Of a stretch of 64,000 nucleotides of DNA, positions 8,553-17,777 are shown in pieces. Source of the stretch: Patescibacteria group bacterium (GTDB lineage: Bacteria; Patescibacteriota; Patescibacteriia; Patescibacteriales; JBAZCA01); the NCBI GenBank assembly GCA_041661405.1, contig JBAZUL010000001.1:92403-156402 (forward strand), read 5' to 3'. Below the pieces are notes generated by a model. It did no database searches. It had not been told where the DNA came from and worked only from the letters and a program-made list of their open reading frames with translations. Both the position numbers and the translations under genes were made by a program. The number at the start of each line of letters is the position of its first letter. Position 1 is the first letter of the stretch.

Positions 8553-9904
8553 AGTTAAACCAACTGAGCAATAAAAGAAAATCTAAAGCGAAGACTTTTG
8601 TTTTTGACAGTTTTTTTCTGGATAAAAACAAAGGTGAAATAAAATTTCATTACAATCTGGGAAGTAATTATCGTTTCACGGAAACCTTAAGGCTTACTGA
8701 TAAAAAAATTAACTGGCAAAAAGTAAATAATGAAGCGCTTAACCAAACCTTATTCAGCCTGCATCTCATCATCGGCATAAGCTACTGGAAAACCTTTTGC
8801 CCGAAAAAAATCATTATTAATTCCGGTAATTTAACCAAAAAACAAGCTGAATTTTGGAACGGAGTTTACGGGATCGGGCTGGGAGAATTTTACTACAAAA
8901 ATAAAATTGACTTCAGGGAGCTCGTAAAATTCCCTTACAAAAATAACCAATCGGCGTCCGTCCGCCTGAAAATAAAAAACCGGGCGCTAGTGCCTTTGGG
9001 AGGAGGAAAAGACTCTATCGCGGCGGCGGAAATTTTAAAAGAAAATAATATTGATTTTACATTATTCAGTTTGCGGAACAGTAAAATACATAAAAACGTC
9101 ACTAGAATTATCGGCAAACCGAGAATCATGATTGACAGGGAAATGGACAAAAATTTTTTTGAAATAAGCAAAAAAGGCTATCAGGGTCATATTCCCGTTT
9201 CATTTATTTTTTCCTTTACCGCTCTCTTGGCGGCTATTTTGTACGACTATAAATACATAATTTTTGCCAATGAACACAGCTCCAATTTCGGCAATGTTAA
9301 ATATCTTGGTCATAATATTAATCACCAATATTCAAAATCGCTCGAAGCCGAAAGAAATTTCATCAATTACGCGCATAGCTTCATCACTCCCGATATTCAC
9401 CCTTTTAGCCTGCTGAGGCCTTTTTCCGAATTAAAAATCGTTCAAATTTTCTCCAAATATAAAAAGTATTTTTCTTCGTTTTCCAGTTGCAGTAAAAGTC
9501 TGAAATTCATGAATCCTGACGCCCGAAGATGGTGCGGCGAATGCGCTAAATGCGCCTTTGTTTTTTCTCAGCTCGCCGCCTTCCTGTCAAAAGCGGAGCT
9601 TAAGAAAATCTTTGGCAAAAACCTTTACGCCGATAAAAAACTGTTGACTCTTTATCTTGAATTGCTCGGCGAAAAGGATATCAAGCCTTTTGACTGCGTT
9701 GGAACGCCGGAGGAAGTAAAAGCGGCGATGATAATCGCGCAGGAAAATAAAGAGTTTTTGAATGACTATATAATCAGGCATTTCCGCGATAATATAATGC
9801 CCCGGATAAAGAATCAAAAAGCGCTGGTTAAAAAAGCCCTAAACGTCCGCGGAAGCAATTGCGCCCCAAAAAAATTTCAATCAATAATTAACCAGATAAA
9901 ATAA
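8549..9904 (+). CDS. PP-loop (adenine nucleotide alpha-hydrolase-like) protein; candidate MurL-type UDP-MurNAc-L-Ala-L-Glu epimerase
   Basis: PLGGGKDS resembles the SGGxDS PP-loop, and there is a C-terminal CGECAKCAF cysteine cluster. The ATGA start overlaps the polA stop, and the gene lies 3 nt upstream of murD. The MurL assignment is by context only. Confidence 0.45.
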   Translation: MKLNQLSNKRKSKAKTFVFDSFFLDKNKGEIKFHYNLGSNYRFTETLRLTDKKINWQKVNNEALNQTLFSLHLIIGISYWKTFCPKKIIINSGNLTKKQAEFWNGVYGIGLGEFYYKNKIDFRELVKFPYKNNQSASVRLKIKNRALVPLGGGKDSIAAAEILKENNIDFTLFSLRNSKIHKNVTRIIGKPRIMIDREMDKNFFEISKKGYQGHIPVSFIFSFTALLAAILYDYKYIIFANEHSSNFGNVKYLGHNINHQYSKSLEAERNFINYAHSFITPDIHPFSLLRPFSELKIVQIFSKYKKYFSSFSSCSKSLKFMNPDARRWCGECAKCAFVFSQLAAFLSKAELKKIFGKNLYADKKLLTLYLELLGEKDIKPFDCVGTPEEVKAAMIIAQENKEFLNDYIIRHFRDNIMPRIKNQKALVKKALNVRGSNCAPKKFQSIINQIK

Positions 9905-9907
9905 GCT

Positions 9908-11230
9908 ATGCCTCATAGAAAAATTATCATCCTCGGCTACGGAGTAGAAGGAAAAAGCCTCTATAAATATTTAAAGAAACGATATCCTGAAGACACATTG
10001 GCAATTGCCGATAAAAATAAAATTACTGCTCCCGGCCATGTTAAATTATACAGCGGAAAAAATTATCTGAAAAATATCGGCGAATATGATCTTATCGTAA
10101 AAACCCCGGGCATCTCGCCGAACACCGAAGAAATAAAAGAAGCGCTTTTAAAAGGAGCCGAAATCACTTCGGCCGCCAACATTTTCTTTAACAATTGCAA
10201 GGGAAAAATAATCGGCGTTACCGCTACCAAAGGGAAAAGCACCACTTCAACTCTGATTTATAAAATATTAAGAGCCGCCAAAAAGGACGCGTATTTGGTA
10301 GGCAATATAGGAAACCCGCCGCTTAAATACTTAGCCTCGAATATGGGAAAAGGAAAAATTTTCGTTTACGAACTTTCCAGTTATCAGCTTCATGATTTAA
10401 AAAAGAGCCCGCATATCAGCGTTTTTCTTACTATTTTTCCCGAACACATGCCTTATCACGGAAGTTACGAGAATTATCGCGAAGCCAAGGCCAATATCGT
10501 GCGGTATCATAATAAAAACAACTACTTTGTTTACAACTCCGGCTATGATTTTTTAAAAAAGCTAGCAAAACAGTCTAAGGCGAAACCTGTTGATTACCTG
10601 AAGGTCTGCCAGGCAAATAACGGATGGATTTATTATAAAAACAAAAAAATAATCCCCTTAAAGGAAATCAAGCTTTTAGGAAAACATAATATGGAAAATA
10701 TCTGCGCCGGCATCGCGGTTGCAAAAATCCTCCGCCTTTCAGATAAGGATATTCGCCGGGCGGTGAAAAATTTTAAGGGCTTGGAGCACCGAATAGAGCT
10801 TGTTGCCGAACGCAAAGGCATAAAATTTTACGACGATGCTATCTCTACTACTCCCGAATCAACAATGGCCGCCATGGATATTTTTAAGGAAACCCTGGGA
10901 ACAATTCTGCTTGGCGGAGAAGACCGCGGCTATAACTTTTCCCGGCTGGCCAAAAGCATTTACCGTTATCGCGTTAAAAATATCGTAATATTTCCCGACT
11001 CAGGCGCTGAAATCTGGAAAGAAATAGTTAAAGTATATAAAAAATATAAATCCGGCCTGCCGCGTAAAATTATGACCAGGGACATGGGCGAAGCGGTGAG
11101 GTTCGCCTCAAAAAATACGGCTAAAGGCGAGGTCTGCCTCCTTTCTACAGCCTCGCCGAGCTACAGCGTATTTAAGAATTTCATTGAAAAAGGGAATTTG
11201 TTTAAAAAAGAAGTCCGCAGATTGAAATAA
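9908..11230 (+). CDS. murD: UDP-N-acetylmuramoyl-L-alanine--glutamate ligase (MurD family)
   Basis: Rossmann-like N-terminus IIILGYGVEGKS, Mur ligase P-loop GVTATKGKSTTSTL, and GLEHRIE. Confidence 0.85.
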   Translation: MPHRKIIILGYGVEGKSLYKYLKKRYPEDTLAIADKNKITAPGHVKLYSGKNYLKNIGEYDLIVKTPGISPNTEEIKEALLKGAEITSAANIFFNNCKGKIIGVTATKGKSTTSTLIYKILRAAKKDAYLVGNIGNPPLKYLASNMGKGKIFVYELSSYQLHDLKKSPHISVFLTIFPEHMPYHGSYENYREAKANIVRYHNKNNYFVYNSGYDFLKKLAKQSKAKPVDYLKVCQANNGWIYYKNKKIIPLKEIKLLGKHNMENICAGIAVAKILRLSDKDIRRAVKNFKGLEHRIELVAERKGIKFYDDAISTTPESTMAAMDIFKETLGTILLGGEDRGYNFSRLAKSIYRYRVKNIVIFPDSGAEIWKEIVKVYKKYKSGLPRKIMTRDMGEAVRFASKNTAKGEVCLLSTASPSYSVFKNFIEKGNLFKKEVRRLK

Positions 11231-11231
11231 C

Positions 11232-12245
11232 ATGATTATATTCCTTTACGGCCCGGACGATTTTCGCGCCAAGAAAAAATTAAACGAATTAAAAGAAAAA
11301 TTCCGCCGGGAAATTGACAAAACCGGAACCGACCTCGCGGAAATTGACGGTGAAAAAGCCTCGCTCAGGGACATTAACGAGCTTATCGCTCCGGCTTCTT
11401 TGTTTTCGAAAAAAAGGATGGTGGCGGTGGAAAATGTTTTTCAAAATAAATCCGCGAGCATCTTCGCCGAACTCGCAAAACTCTTAAAGAGGGAGGAAAA
11501 AGGGGAAAATATAACCATCTTCCGCGATTCAATATCGGGAAAAGATAAATTAACCGGCCCAAAATCCGAGCTCTTTAAGTTTCTCTCCGGCCAGAAATAC
11601 TCGCAGGAATTTTTAAACCTTTCGCGAAGCGACCTGGTAAAATGGATTAAAAGCGAAGCCGATGCCGCGGGAGCCGAAATTAGCGCCGGCGCCGCGACCC
11701 TCCTTTCGGCCCTGGCGGAAAATCTCTGGCAGGTTCATAACGAACTGGAAAAAATTATCGCTTTTAAAAAATCCGGCCTTATAAAAAACGTTGCCAAAGA
11801 GGGTTCTGAAGAAAAAAACTTACCCCGGCCGATGATTGAAGAGAGTGAAGTCTACGAAATGGTCCGGGGAAAACTGGATACCAGCATCTTTTCTTTAACC
11901 GACGCGATAGGCGCGAGAAACAAAGGCCAAGCCTTAAAACTTCTGGAAGAGCAGATTGAATCCGGCGCGGCCGAGACTTATCTTCTCTCCATGATCCTCC
12001 GCCAGTTTAAAATCATCCTCCGGATTAGAGCGGCCCTGGATCTCGGCGGCAACAGCCGGAGCATGTCCGCCTCCTTAAAACTCCATCCCTTCATCGTCCA
12101 AAAAGGGGTCGGCCAAGCCCGTTTTTTCAGTCTTGGTTCATTAAAAAAAATACTAAGCCGGCTCGTCCGGATGGATTTTGAACTGAAAACCGGACAAGGG
12201 GATTTAAAAACAGGGCTGAGTCTTTTAATCGCGGAACTAAAGTAA
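11232..12245 (+). CDS. holA: DNA polymerase III delta subunit
   Basis: N-terminus MIIFLYGPDDF..KKKL and a length and architecture typical of HolA. Confidence 0.7.
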   Translation: MIIFLYGPDDFRAKKKLNELKEKFRREIDKTGTDLAEIDGEKASLRDINELIAPASLFSKKRMVAVENVFQNKSASIFAELAKLLKREEKGENITIFRDSISGKDKLTGPKSELFKFLSGQKYSQEFLNLSRSDLVKWIKSEADAAGAEISAGAATLLSALAENLWQVHNELEKIIAFKKSGLIKNVAKEGSEEKNLPRPMIEESEVYEMVRGKLDTSIFSLTDAIGARNKGQALKLLEEQIESGAAETYLLSMILRQFKIILRIRAALDLGGNSRSMSASLKLHPFIVQKGVGQARFFSLGSLKKILSRLVRMDFELKTGQGDLKTGLSLLIAELK

Positions 12246-12364
12246 GGCATTGCTTTTTACCTATCTTTTTCAGCCGTAAAACTTTAAAATTCAAATGTCT
12301 AATTTCAAACAAAATCCAAAATTAAAAACCCGGCATTTTTGACATTTAACATTCCGCTAAAAAC

Positions 12365-12395
12365 AAAAAGCCCGCTTTTAAACGGGGCTTTTTTA
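12365..12395. terminator. Bidirectional terminator between holA and rpsT
   Basis: aaaaagcccg-cttttaaa-cggggctttttt. Confidence 0.6.
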
Positions 12396-12415
12396 ACTAA
12401 AAAATTTTTTTAATT

Positions 12416-12691
12416 TTATTTCGTCTTGACCGCGAACACTTTATTAAACCGCGCGTGCAAACGGGATTTTTTCCGATCCCGCGTATTCGGCTTAAGGATT
12501 CTTTTTTTTGCCGCCTTATCAATGGCTTGGAGCGACTCCCTGAGCAGTTCTTTGGCTTTTTCGTCTTTGGCAACGATAGCTTTATCGGTTTTTTTCAAAA
12601 GTTTTTTTAACTCAGCTTTAACCTTTGAATTTTTCGCGTTTCGGACAACATTCTTTCTTAATTCTTTCTTGGCTGATGGTAGATTGGGCAT
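12416..12691 (-). CDS. rpsT: 30S ribosomal protein S20
   Basis: MPNLPSAKKELRKNVVRNAKN.. is a typical S20 N-terminus. The protein is basic and 91 aa long. Confidence 0.9.
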   Translation of the reverse strand: MPNLPSAKKELRKNVVRNAKNSKVKAELKKLLKKTDKAIVAKDEKAKELLRESLQAIDKAAKKRILKPNTRDRKKSRLHARFNKVFAVKTK

Positions 12692-12794
12692 AGATAGTTT
12701 ATTTAATTACGAATTAGGGGTAAATTATTATTTTTAATTCATAATTGATAATTACTTAGGCGTGAGAGATGATATCTTTTTATCATAATTTTAA

Positions 12795-13652
12795 TTATTT
12801 TTCAAGACCTCCATCCTTTTTCGGCTTGGCGCCCAGTCTTCCGGCCGCGAGCGTGAGGCCGGCGAGGATAATAACCACGAGGCTTATGACCTGCTCATGT
12901 CTTAGGCCGAAAAAATAATAAGCCTGATCAATTCGGATGAATTCGGTAAAAAATCTGAGGATTGAATAGAGGATAAGGTAGCCGGCGACTAATAATTTAA
13001 AATTAAAACTCTTTTGCCAGCCTCTTTTTATTATCAGCCAGTGCGCGAAAACCAAAATAGCGAAAATAAGCAAATCGCCAAGGCTCTCGTATAAAAATGC
13101 CGGGTGAAAATAATTTTTAGCCATGTACTGGAACGGCCGGTTTATCATGTCAATCGGGATGCCCCAGGGAAGGTTAGTCGGAGCGCCAAAAAGTTCCTGG
13201 TTAAAATAATTTCCCCATCTGCCGATGGCTTGGCCGATGGCCAGACCGGGAACGATTATCGCCGTTAATTTCCAAAAGTTAATTTTACTTTTTTGGATAA
13301 ACCAATAAACAACCATGAGTCCAGCGATGATGCCTCCGTGAATAGCGAGTCCCCCTTGCCAGACTTTGAATATTTCAAGCGGATGGCTTAAATAATATTG
13401 CCATTCAATAAAAACATGAAAAGCTCTGGCTCCGATTATCCCGAAAATAACGAGAAAAAAGCTTAAATCCAGAATATCATCTTTTAAAATTTTATAATAT
13501 TTCCCAAGCTTCACGGCTGTTATGATCGCCGCCAAAATTCCGCAAACAATAAAAAACCCGTACCAATAAATCTCTATCGGCCCGAAAGAAATTAAAATCG
13601 GGTTGGGGTGGAAGGTGTGGAGGAAGTTGATCATAATAACACAAAAAAACAT
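12795..13652 (-). CDS. lgt: Prolipoprotein diacylglyceryl transferase
   Basis: IEIYWYGFFIVCGILAA, GARAFHV, GGLAIHGG and GRWGNYFNQELFG. An alternative start lies at 13634. Confidence 0.9.
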   Translation of the reverse strand: MFFCVIMINFLHTFHPNPILISFGPIEIYWYGFFIVCGILAAIITAVKLGKYYKILKDDILDLSFFLVIFGIIGARAFHVFIEWQYYLSHPLEIFKVWQGGLAIHGGIIAGLMVVYWFIQKSKINFWKLTAIIVPGLAIGQAIGRWGNYFNQELFGAPTNLPWGIPIDMINRPFQYMAKNYFHPAFLYESLGDLLIFAILVFAHWLIIKRGWQKSFNFKLLVAGYLILYSILRFFTEFIRIDQAYYFFGLRHEQVISLVVIILAGLTLAAGRLGAKPKKDGGLEK

Positions 13653-13801
13653 TTAAAATTTCGTTTCAGCTAATTTATTTCAGTATATCATTGCGAAGCC
13701 AAAAATAAAACAAGGCCGGAATCAAGCGTTGTTTACGATGCGTCATAATGCACGCATCACACGTTTGACTCCGGCCTCGGAGGCTGGGTCGTCGGCTGTC
13801 A

Positions 13802-14149
13802 TCATAGGAGAAATTCATCCTCCAGCTTGATAACATTGCCATACAACTCAGCCTCCTCGTTTGAGGCAAGGAGATTGGGGTGCCACCCCCCAGACTCCTC
13901 CTCCTCGGGTTCCGGCGGGTTCGGCGGCAGGACCGCCGGCTCCTTCCACTCGGCTTGGCTGGCAAACCAAGCAAGAAAAGAAAAAACCGCAACGCCCGCC
14001 ACCAAGGTGGCGTAAAGCCAGTAGGGGGTGCGTCCAAACTGCTCTCCTAGCTGTTTTGCGCCGCCATCGATCACGAGAAGTAATGTAATACCGCCCGTCG
14101 TGATCGCCGCCGAAATCCCGAAGAACCCGGACAAAATTTTAAAAATCAT
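13802..14149 (-). CDS. Hypothetical two-TM membrane protein with Pro/Glu-rich tail, in a GC-rich islet
   Basis: ATG at 14149 is preceded by AAGGAGGG. Hydrophobic helices are followed by PPNPPEPEEEESGG. No family recognised. Confidence 0.45.
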   Translation of the reverse strand: MIFKILSGFFGISAAITTGGITLLLVIDGGAKQLGEQFGRTPYWLYATLVAGVAVFSFLAWFASQAEWKEPAVLPPNPPEPEEEESGGWHPNLLASNEEAELYGNVIKLEDEFLL

Positions 14150-14442
14150 TCTACCCTCCTTGAGCCCCCGCACCTAGCGCGCGGACAGGCTCTGAAAAAA
14201 GAAAAAAACATACATTGCCCAACAAAAGCCAAAAAACTAGCCCAAGGCTCTGCTGAGCGCTTCCAATGAACCGCGACAAATCATAAACCGATATTAAACA
14301 TACATGATCAGTTAATTATTTAGCGCGGCTATTGGTTCTACATTTTTAAAGGAGCAAATATGCGCGAAAAACGCACTTTTTAATATAGCATGAAACAATT
14401 AACCTGTCAATGACTAAGCCTTAAAATTTATCTATTATTAGC

Positions 14443-14471
14443 AAAAAGGGCGGAAAAATTCCGCTCTTTTT
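14443..14471 (-). terminator. Terminator downstream of ppsA
   Basis: On the minus strand: aagagcgg-aattttt-ccgccc followed by ttttt. Confidence 0.55.
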
Positions 14472-14523
14472 ATGTTTTCTTAATATATTCAGTTTATCTT
14501 CCGAGCCAACAAAAAACATTTTC

Positions 14524-16896
14524 TTATTTCCCTCCTAATCTCATCATCGTCTTTATCACTGTATCCGGATTTAAGGAAATACTGTCTATCCCCTCGCTTA
14601 GAAGGAAATCGGCAAAATCAGGGAAGTCGCTCGGACCCTGGCCGCAGATGCCGACTTTCCGGCCGGTCTTTTTTCCGACTTCAATAAGATGCTTGATTAA
14701 AGACTTAACCGCCGCGTTCTTTTCGTTTGATTCGCCGTCAACGTGAAAGTCGCCGCCTGAATCGCGGTCAATGCCGAGCGTAAGCTGAGTGAGGTCGTTA
14801 GAGCCGATGGAAAAGCCGTCAAAAATTTTCGCGAATTCCTCGGCTAAAATAATATTAGCCGGAATTTCAGCCATGACATAAATTTCCAGTCCGTTTTCGC
14901 CTTGTTTTAAACCGTTTTCTTTCATGATCTCAATCACTCTTTTTCCTTCTTCAACCGTCCGGCAAAAAGGCACCATGATTTTTACGTTGGTGAGTCCCAT
15001 TTCATCGCGGACTTTTTTCAGAGCCGCGCATTCCATCTCAAAAGCCGGCCGGTATTTTTCATCATAATAGCGGCTCGCTCCACGCCAGCCGATCATCGGG
15101 TTTGATTCTTCGGGCTCATAGCATTGGCCGCCGATTAAATTCCGGTATTCGTTAGTTTTAAAATCCGAAAGCCGGACAATAACGTCTTTTGGAAAAAAAG
15201 CCGCGCCGATTACCGCTACTCCCTCGGCCAGCTTATCAATAAAAAATTGCTTTTTGTCCTTATAGCCGAACGTTAAGTCGTCAATTTTTTTCTTTACCGT
15301 CTTATCCTTGATTTTAGCGTAATTTAAAAGAGCTAAAGGATGGATTTTTATGGAATCATTAATAATAAATTCCTCCCTCGCGAGGCCGACTCCATCGTTC
15401 GGGAAAAAAGAAAAGCCGAACGCCGATTTCGGGGTGCCGATGTTCATCATAATTTTCACCGAGGGCTTTTTCAATTCTTTGACGTTTATCTTATTAATCT
15501 TGAAATCAACTTTTCCGTCGTAAACGATTCCCTCTTCGCCTTCGGTACAGCTTACGGTAATTGCCTGACCGGTTTTTATCTTTTTGCTCGCGTCGTTAGT
15601 GCCGACGACGCAGGGGATGCCGAGTTCGCGCGATACTATGGCCGCGTGGCAGGTCCGGCCGCCTTTGTCGGTTACGATGGCCGAAGCGATTTTCATGATC
15701 GGCTGCCAGTCCGGATCAGTCATCTCGGTAACGAGCACTTCGCCGGGCCTGAATTTTCCGATTTCTTTAGCGCTCATGATCCGGTTAGCCTTGCCGGCTC
15801 CGACTTTATAGCCGACGCTTTTTCCCCGGGCGATTATTTTCCCTTTCTTCTCCATTTTGTATTCTTCAATAATATTATAATCGCGGGTTGAATGGATTGT
15901 TTCCGGCCGGGCCTGAATGATAAAAAGCTCTTTGGTCTTACCGTCTAAAGCCCACTCAATATCCATGGGCCGGTTGTAATGTTTTTCTATGGCCATGCCC
16001 CATTCTGCGAGCTTTAAAACTTCGCTGTCGCTTATAGAAGGTTTTTTGGAATCCTGTTCGCTTACTTTTATGTCTTTCACAGGGACTTTCGGATCATTAT
16101 TATAGATCATTTTCAGAGCCTTTTTGCCGATAGTCCGGGAAATAATGCTTTTTGTAGTTTTAAAAACATAAAATTCGTCCGGATTGACTTTGCCCTGGAC
16201 GATATTTTCCCCTAAGCCAAAAATGGAATTGATTAAGACCACGTCGCGAAAACCCGATTCCGTATCAATCGTGAACATGACGCCGGAAGCGCCAAGATCG
16301 CTTCGCACCATTTTCTGCACGCCGACTGAAAGCGCGATGTCAAAATGATCAAAGCCTTTGTCGTGCCGGTAAGAAATCGCCCGGTTGGTAAAAAGCGAAG
16401 CAATGCATTTTTTTACGGCGATTAACAGTTCTTTTTCTCCCCGGATGTTTAAAAAAGTTTCCTGCTGTCCGGCGAACGAAGCGTCCGGAAGGTCTTCGGC
16501 GGTCGCGGAAGATCGCACCGCGACGTCCGTTCCGGACTGTCCGGCTTTTTCGCCATACTCGGCTGACAATTTTTTATAGCACTCAACAATTTCTTTTTTT
16601 AAATCATCGGGAATTTCCGCTTTAATAATCGCCGCGCGCGCCGCCGCCCCCTTCTTCGCGAGCGAGGCCATATTTTTTGTATTGAGGCCCTTAAAAATAT
16701 CCCTGATCTTTTTGTCCAGACCGGTTTCTTTGACAAAATAATTGTAAGCTTCGGAAGTAGTGGCAAACCCGTTAGGGACTTTTATGCCGTCCGCGGAAAG
16801 ATTCTGATACATCTCGCCGAGCGACGCGTTCTTGCCGCCGACCATGGGAACGTCTTTAATTCCGATTTCGTTAAAAAATTTTACAAACTTGGACAT
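14524..16896 (-). CDS. ppsA: Phosphoenolpyruvate synthase (pyruvate, water dikinase)
   Basis: VGGKNASLGEMY N-terminus, phosphohistidine region GGRTCHAAIVSRELGIPCVVG, and a C-terminal PEP-utilising domain. Confidence 0.95.
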   Translation of the reverse strand: MSKFVKFFNEIGIKDVPMVGGKNASLGEMYQNLSADGIKVPNGFATTSEAYNYFVKETGLDKKIRDIFKGLNTKNMASLAKKGAAARAAIIKAEIPDDLKKEIVECYKKLSAEYGEKAGQSGTDVAVRSSATAEDLPDASFAGQQETFLNIRGEKELLIAVKKCIASLFTNRAISYRHDKGFDHFDIALSVGVQKMVRSDLGASGVMFTIDTESGFRDVVLINSIFGLGENIVQGKVNPDEFYVFKTTKSIISRTIGKKALKMIYNNDPKVPVKDIKVSEQDSKKPSISDSEVLKLAEWGMAIEKHYNRPMDIEWALDGKTKELFIIQARPETIHSTRDYNIIEEYKMEKKGKIIARGKSVGYKVGAGKANRIMSAKEIGKFRPGEVLVTEMTDPDWQPIMKIASAIVTDKGGRTCHAAIVSRELGIPCVVGTNDASKKIKTGQAITVSCTEGEEGIVYDGKVDFKINKINVKELKKPSVKIMMNIGTPKSAFGFSFFPNDGVGLAREEFIINDSIKIHPLALLNYAKIKDKTVKKKIDDLTFGYKDKKQFFIDKLAEGVAVIGAAFFPKDVIVRLSDFKTNEYRNLIGGQCYEPEESNPMIGWRGASRYYDEKYRPAFEMECAALKKVRDEMGLTNVKIMVPFCRTVEEGKRVIEIMKENGLKQGENGLEIYVMAEIPANIILAEEFAKIFDGFSIGSNDLTQLTLGIDRDSGGDFHVDGESNEKNAAVKSLIKHLIEVGKKTGRKVGICGQGPSDFPDFADFLLSEGIDSISLNPDTVIKTMMRLGGK

Positions 16897-17003
16897 AAAT
16901 AAAAATTGAGACGATTAAGATTTTTGGGATAGTTGAGATTTTTGGGATAAAAAATATCCCGATTATCCCAATAATCCTAAAAATCCCAACAATCCCGTAA
17001 ATA

Positions 17004-17372
17004 TTACAAATTTATCTTCTTGCTCCATTCGTAAATATAGGGTATTTCCCACCATTCGCCGTTTAAGGCCTTAACAATCCCCATAACCGATATTATTAAA
17101 AGAGCCAGCATGGCTAGCTGACCCAATAATGGAACCCAGATGAACATGGATACCAACAATTCTACGGCAAACAATACCAATCCCTGTTTGGCGTGAAATT
17201 GGGCGAACTTAGAATCTCTTTTACCGAGCAAAGGGACTAAAAAAAGGATAAAAACATAAGACATGGCCCCTAAAGTTTTATTGGCCTCTGCGTCGCTGTT
17301 TTTTTCGCCGCCGGACACTGTTTCGCCGGCGTTATCCGCGCTATTGCTTTGGGATTTATTATCATCCGTCAT
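17004..17372 (-). CDS. DUF4870-like small membrane protein
   Basis: The FAQFHAKQGLVLF motif sits between TM helices, and the N-terminus is disordered. Confidence 0.6.
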   Translation of the reverse strand: MTDDNKSQSNSADNAGETVSGGEKNSDAEANKTLGAMSYVFILFLVPLLGKRDSKFAQFHAKQGLVLFAVELLVSMFIWVPLLGQLAMLALLIISVMGIVKALNGEWWEIPYIYEWSKKINL

Positions 17373-17520
17373 ATTGGTTTGGCTGTTATAATGAGTTAAT
17401 TTACTATATTCAGTTTATCAATTTTTTTTATATATATCAAGAGTAAAATTCCTTAAATTTCCGGCATTTCCTTGACATCGGATAACAATTAGCCGAAAAT
17501 AAAGAAATAATAAATATTTA

Positions 17521-17601
17521 GCCGCGGTGGTGAAATGGTATACACGCATGCCTTAGGAGCATGTGGGGCAACCCGTGAGAGTTCGAGTCTCTCCCGCGGC
17601 A
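17521..17601 (+). tRNA. tRNA-Leu (anticodon UAG), class II with long variable arm
   Basis: Acceptor GCCGCGG/CCGCGGC, anticodon stem CATGC/GCATG with loop CTTAGGA, variable arm TGGGGCAACCCGTG, T arm GAGAG-TTCGAGT-CTCTC. Confidence 0.9.
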
Positions 17602-17715
17602 CACACAACAGACACGTCCCGCCGTCATGGCGGGATGGGGCAACCCGTGTCCCGCCTTTTTACGAAAGGCGGGGTCTCGCCCACCAGCAAGCAATAATTA
17701 AAGACTTTAGCGCTA

Positions 17716-17763
17716 TTGCCAAAACCAAACGATTAATATATAATAAAAACATACCATATGGTA
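17716..17763 (+). promoter_or_regulatory. Promoter (TTGCCA-17-TATAAT) plus 12-bp perfect palindrome TACCATATGGTA, candidate operator
   Basis: -35 at 17716-17721, -10 at 17739-17744, palindrome at 17752-17763, immediately upstream of the wHTH-MNT gene. Confidence 0.45.
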
Positions 17764-17777
17764 AATTTTTATTATAT

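Noticed and set aside
13675-14088. Overlapping ORFs in the GC-rich islet (13675-14037 -, 13827-14015 +, 13861-14088 +)
   Set aside because: They are Arg/Pro/Gly-rich products typical of out-of-frame reading of GC-rich DNA. Only the frame with an SD and TM helices was retained.
14358-14381. 7-codon mini-ORF (MREKRTF) with an AAAGGAG SD upstream of the ppsA terminator
   Set aside because: It is too short to evaluate. It could be chance in an AT-rich spacer, and there is no adjacent gene it could regulate as a leader peptide.
17535-17777. N-terminal 81 codons of the ORF-track 284-aa protein
   Set aside because: This part reads straight through tRNA-Leu and the GC hairpins. The NTase protein has a sensible start at 17778, downstream of its own promoter and operator.
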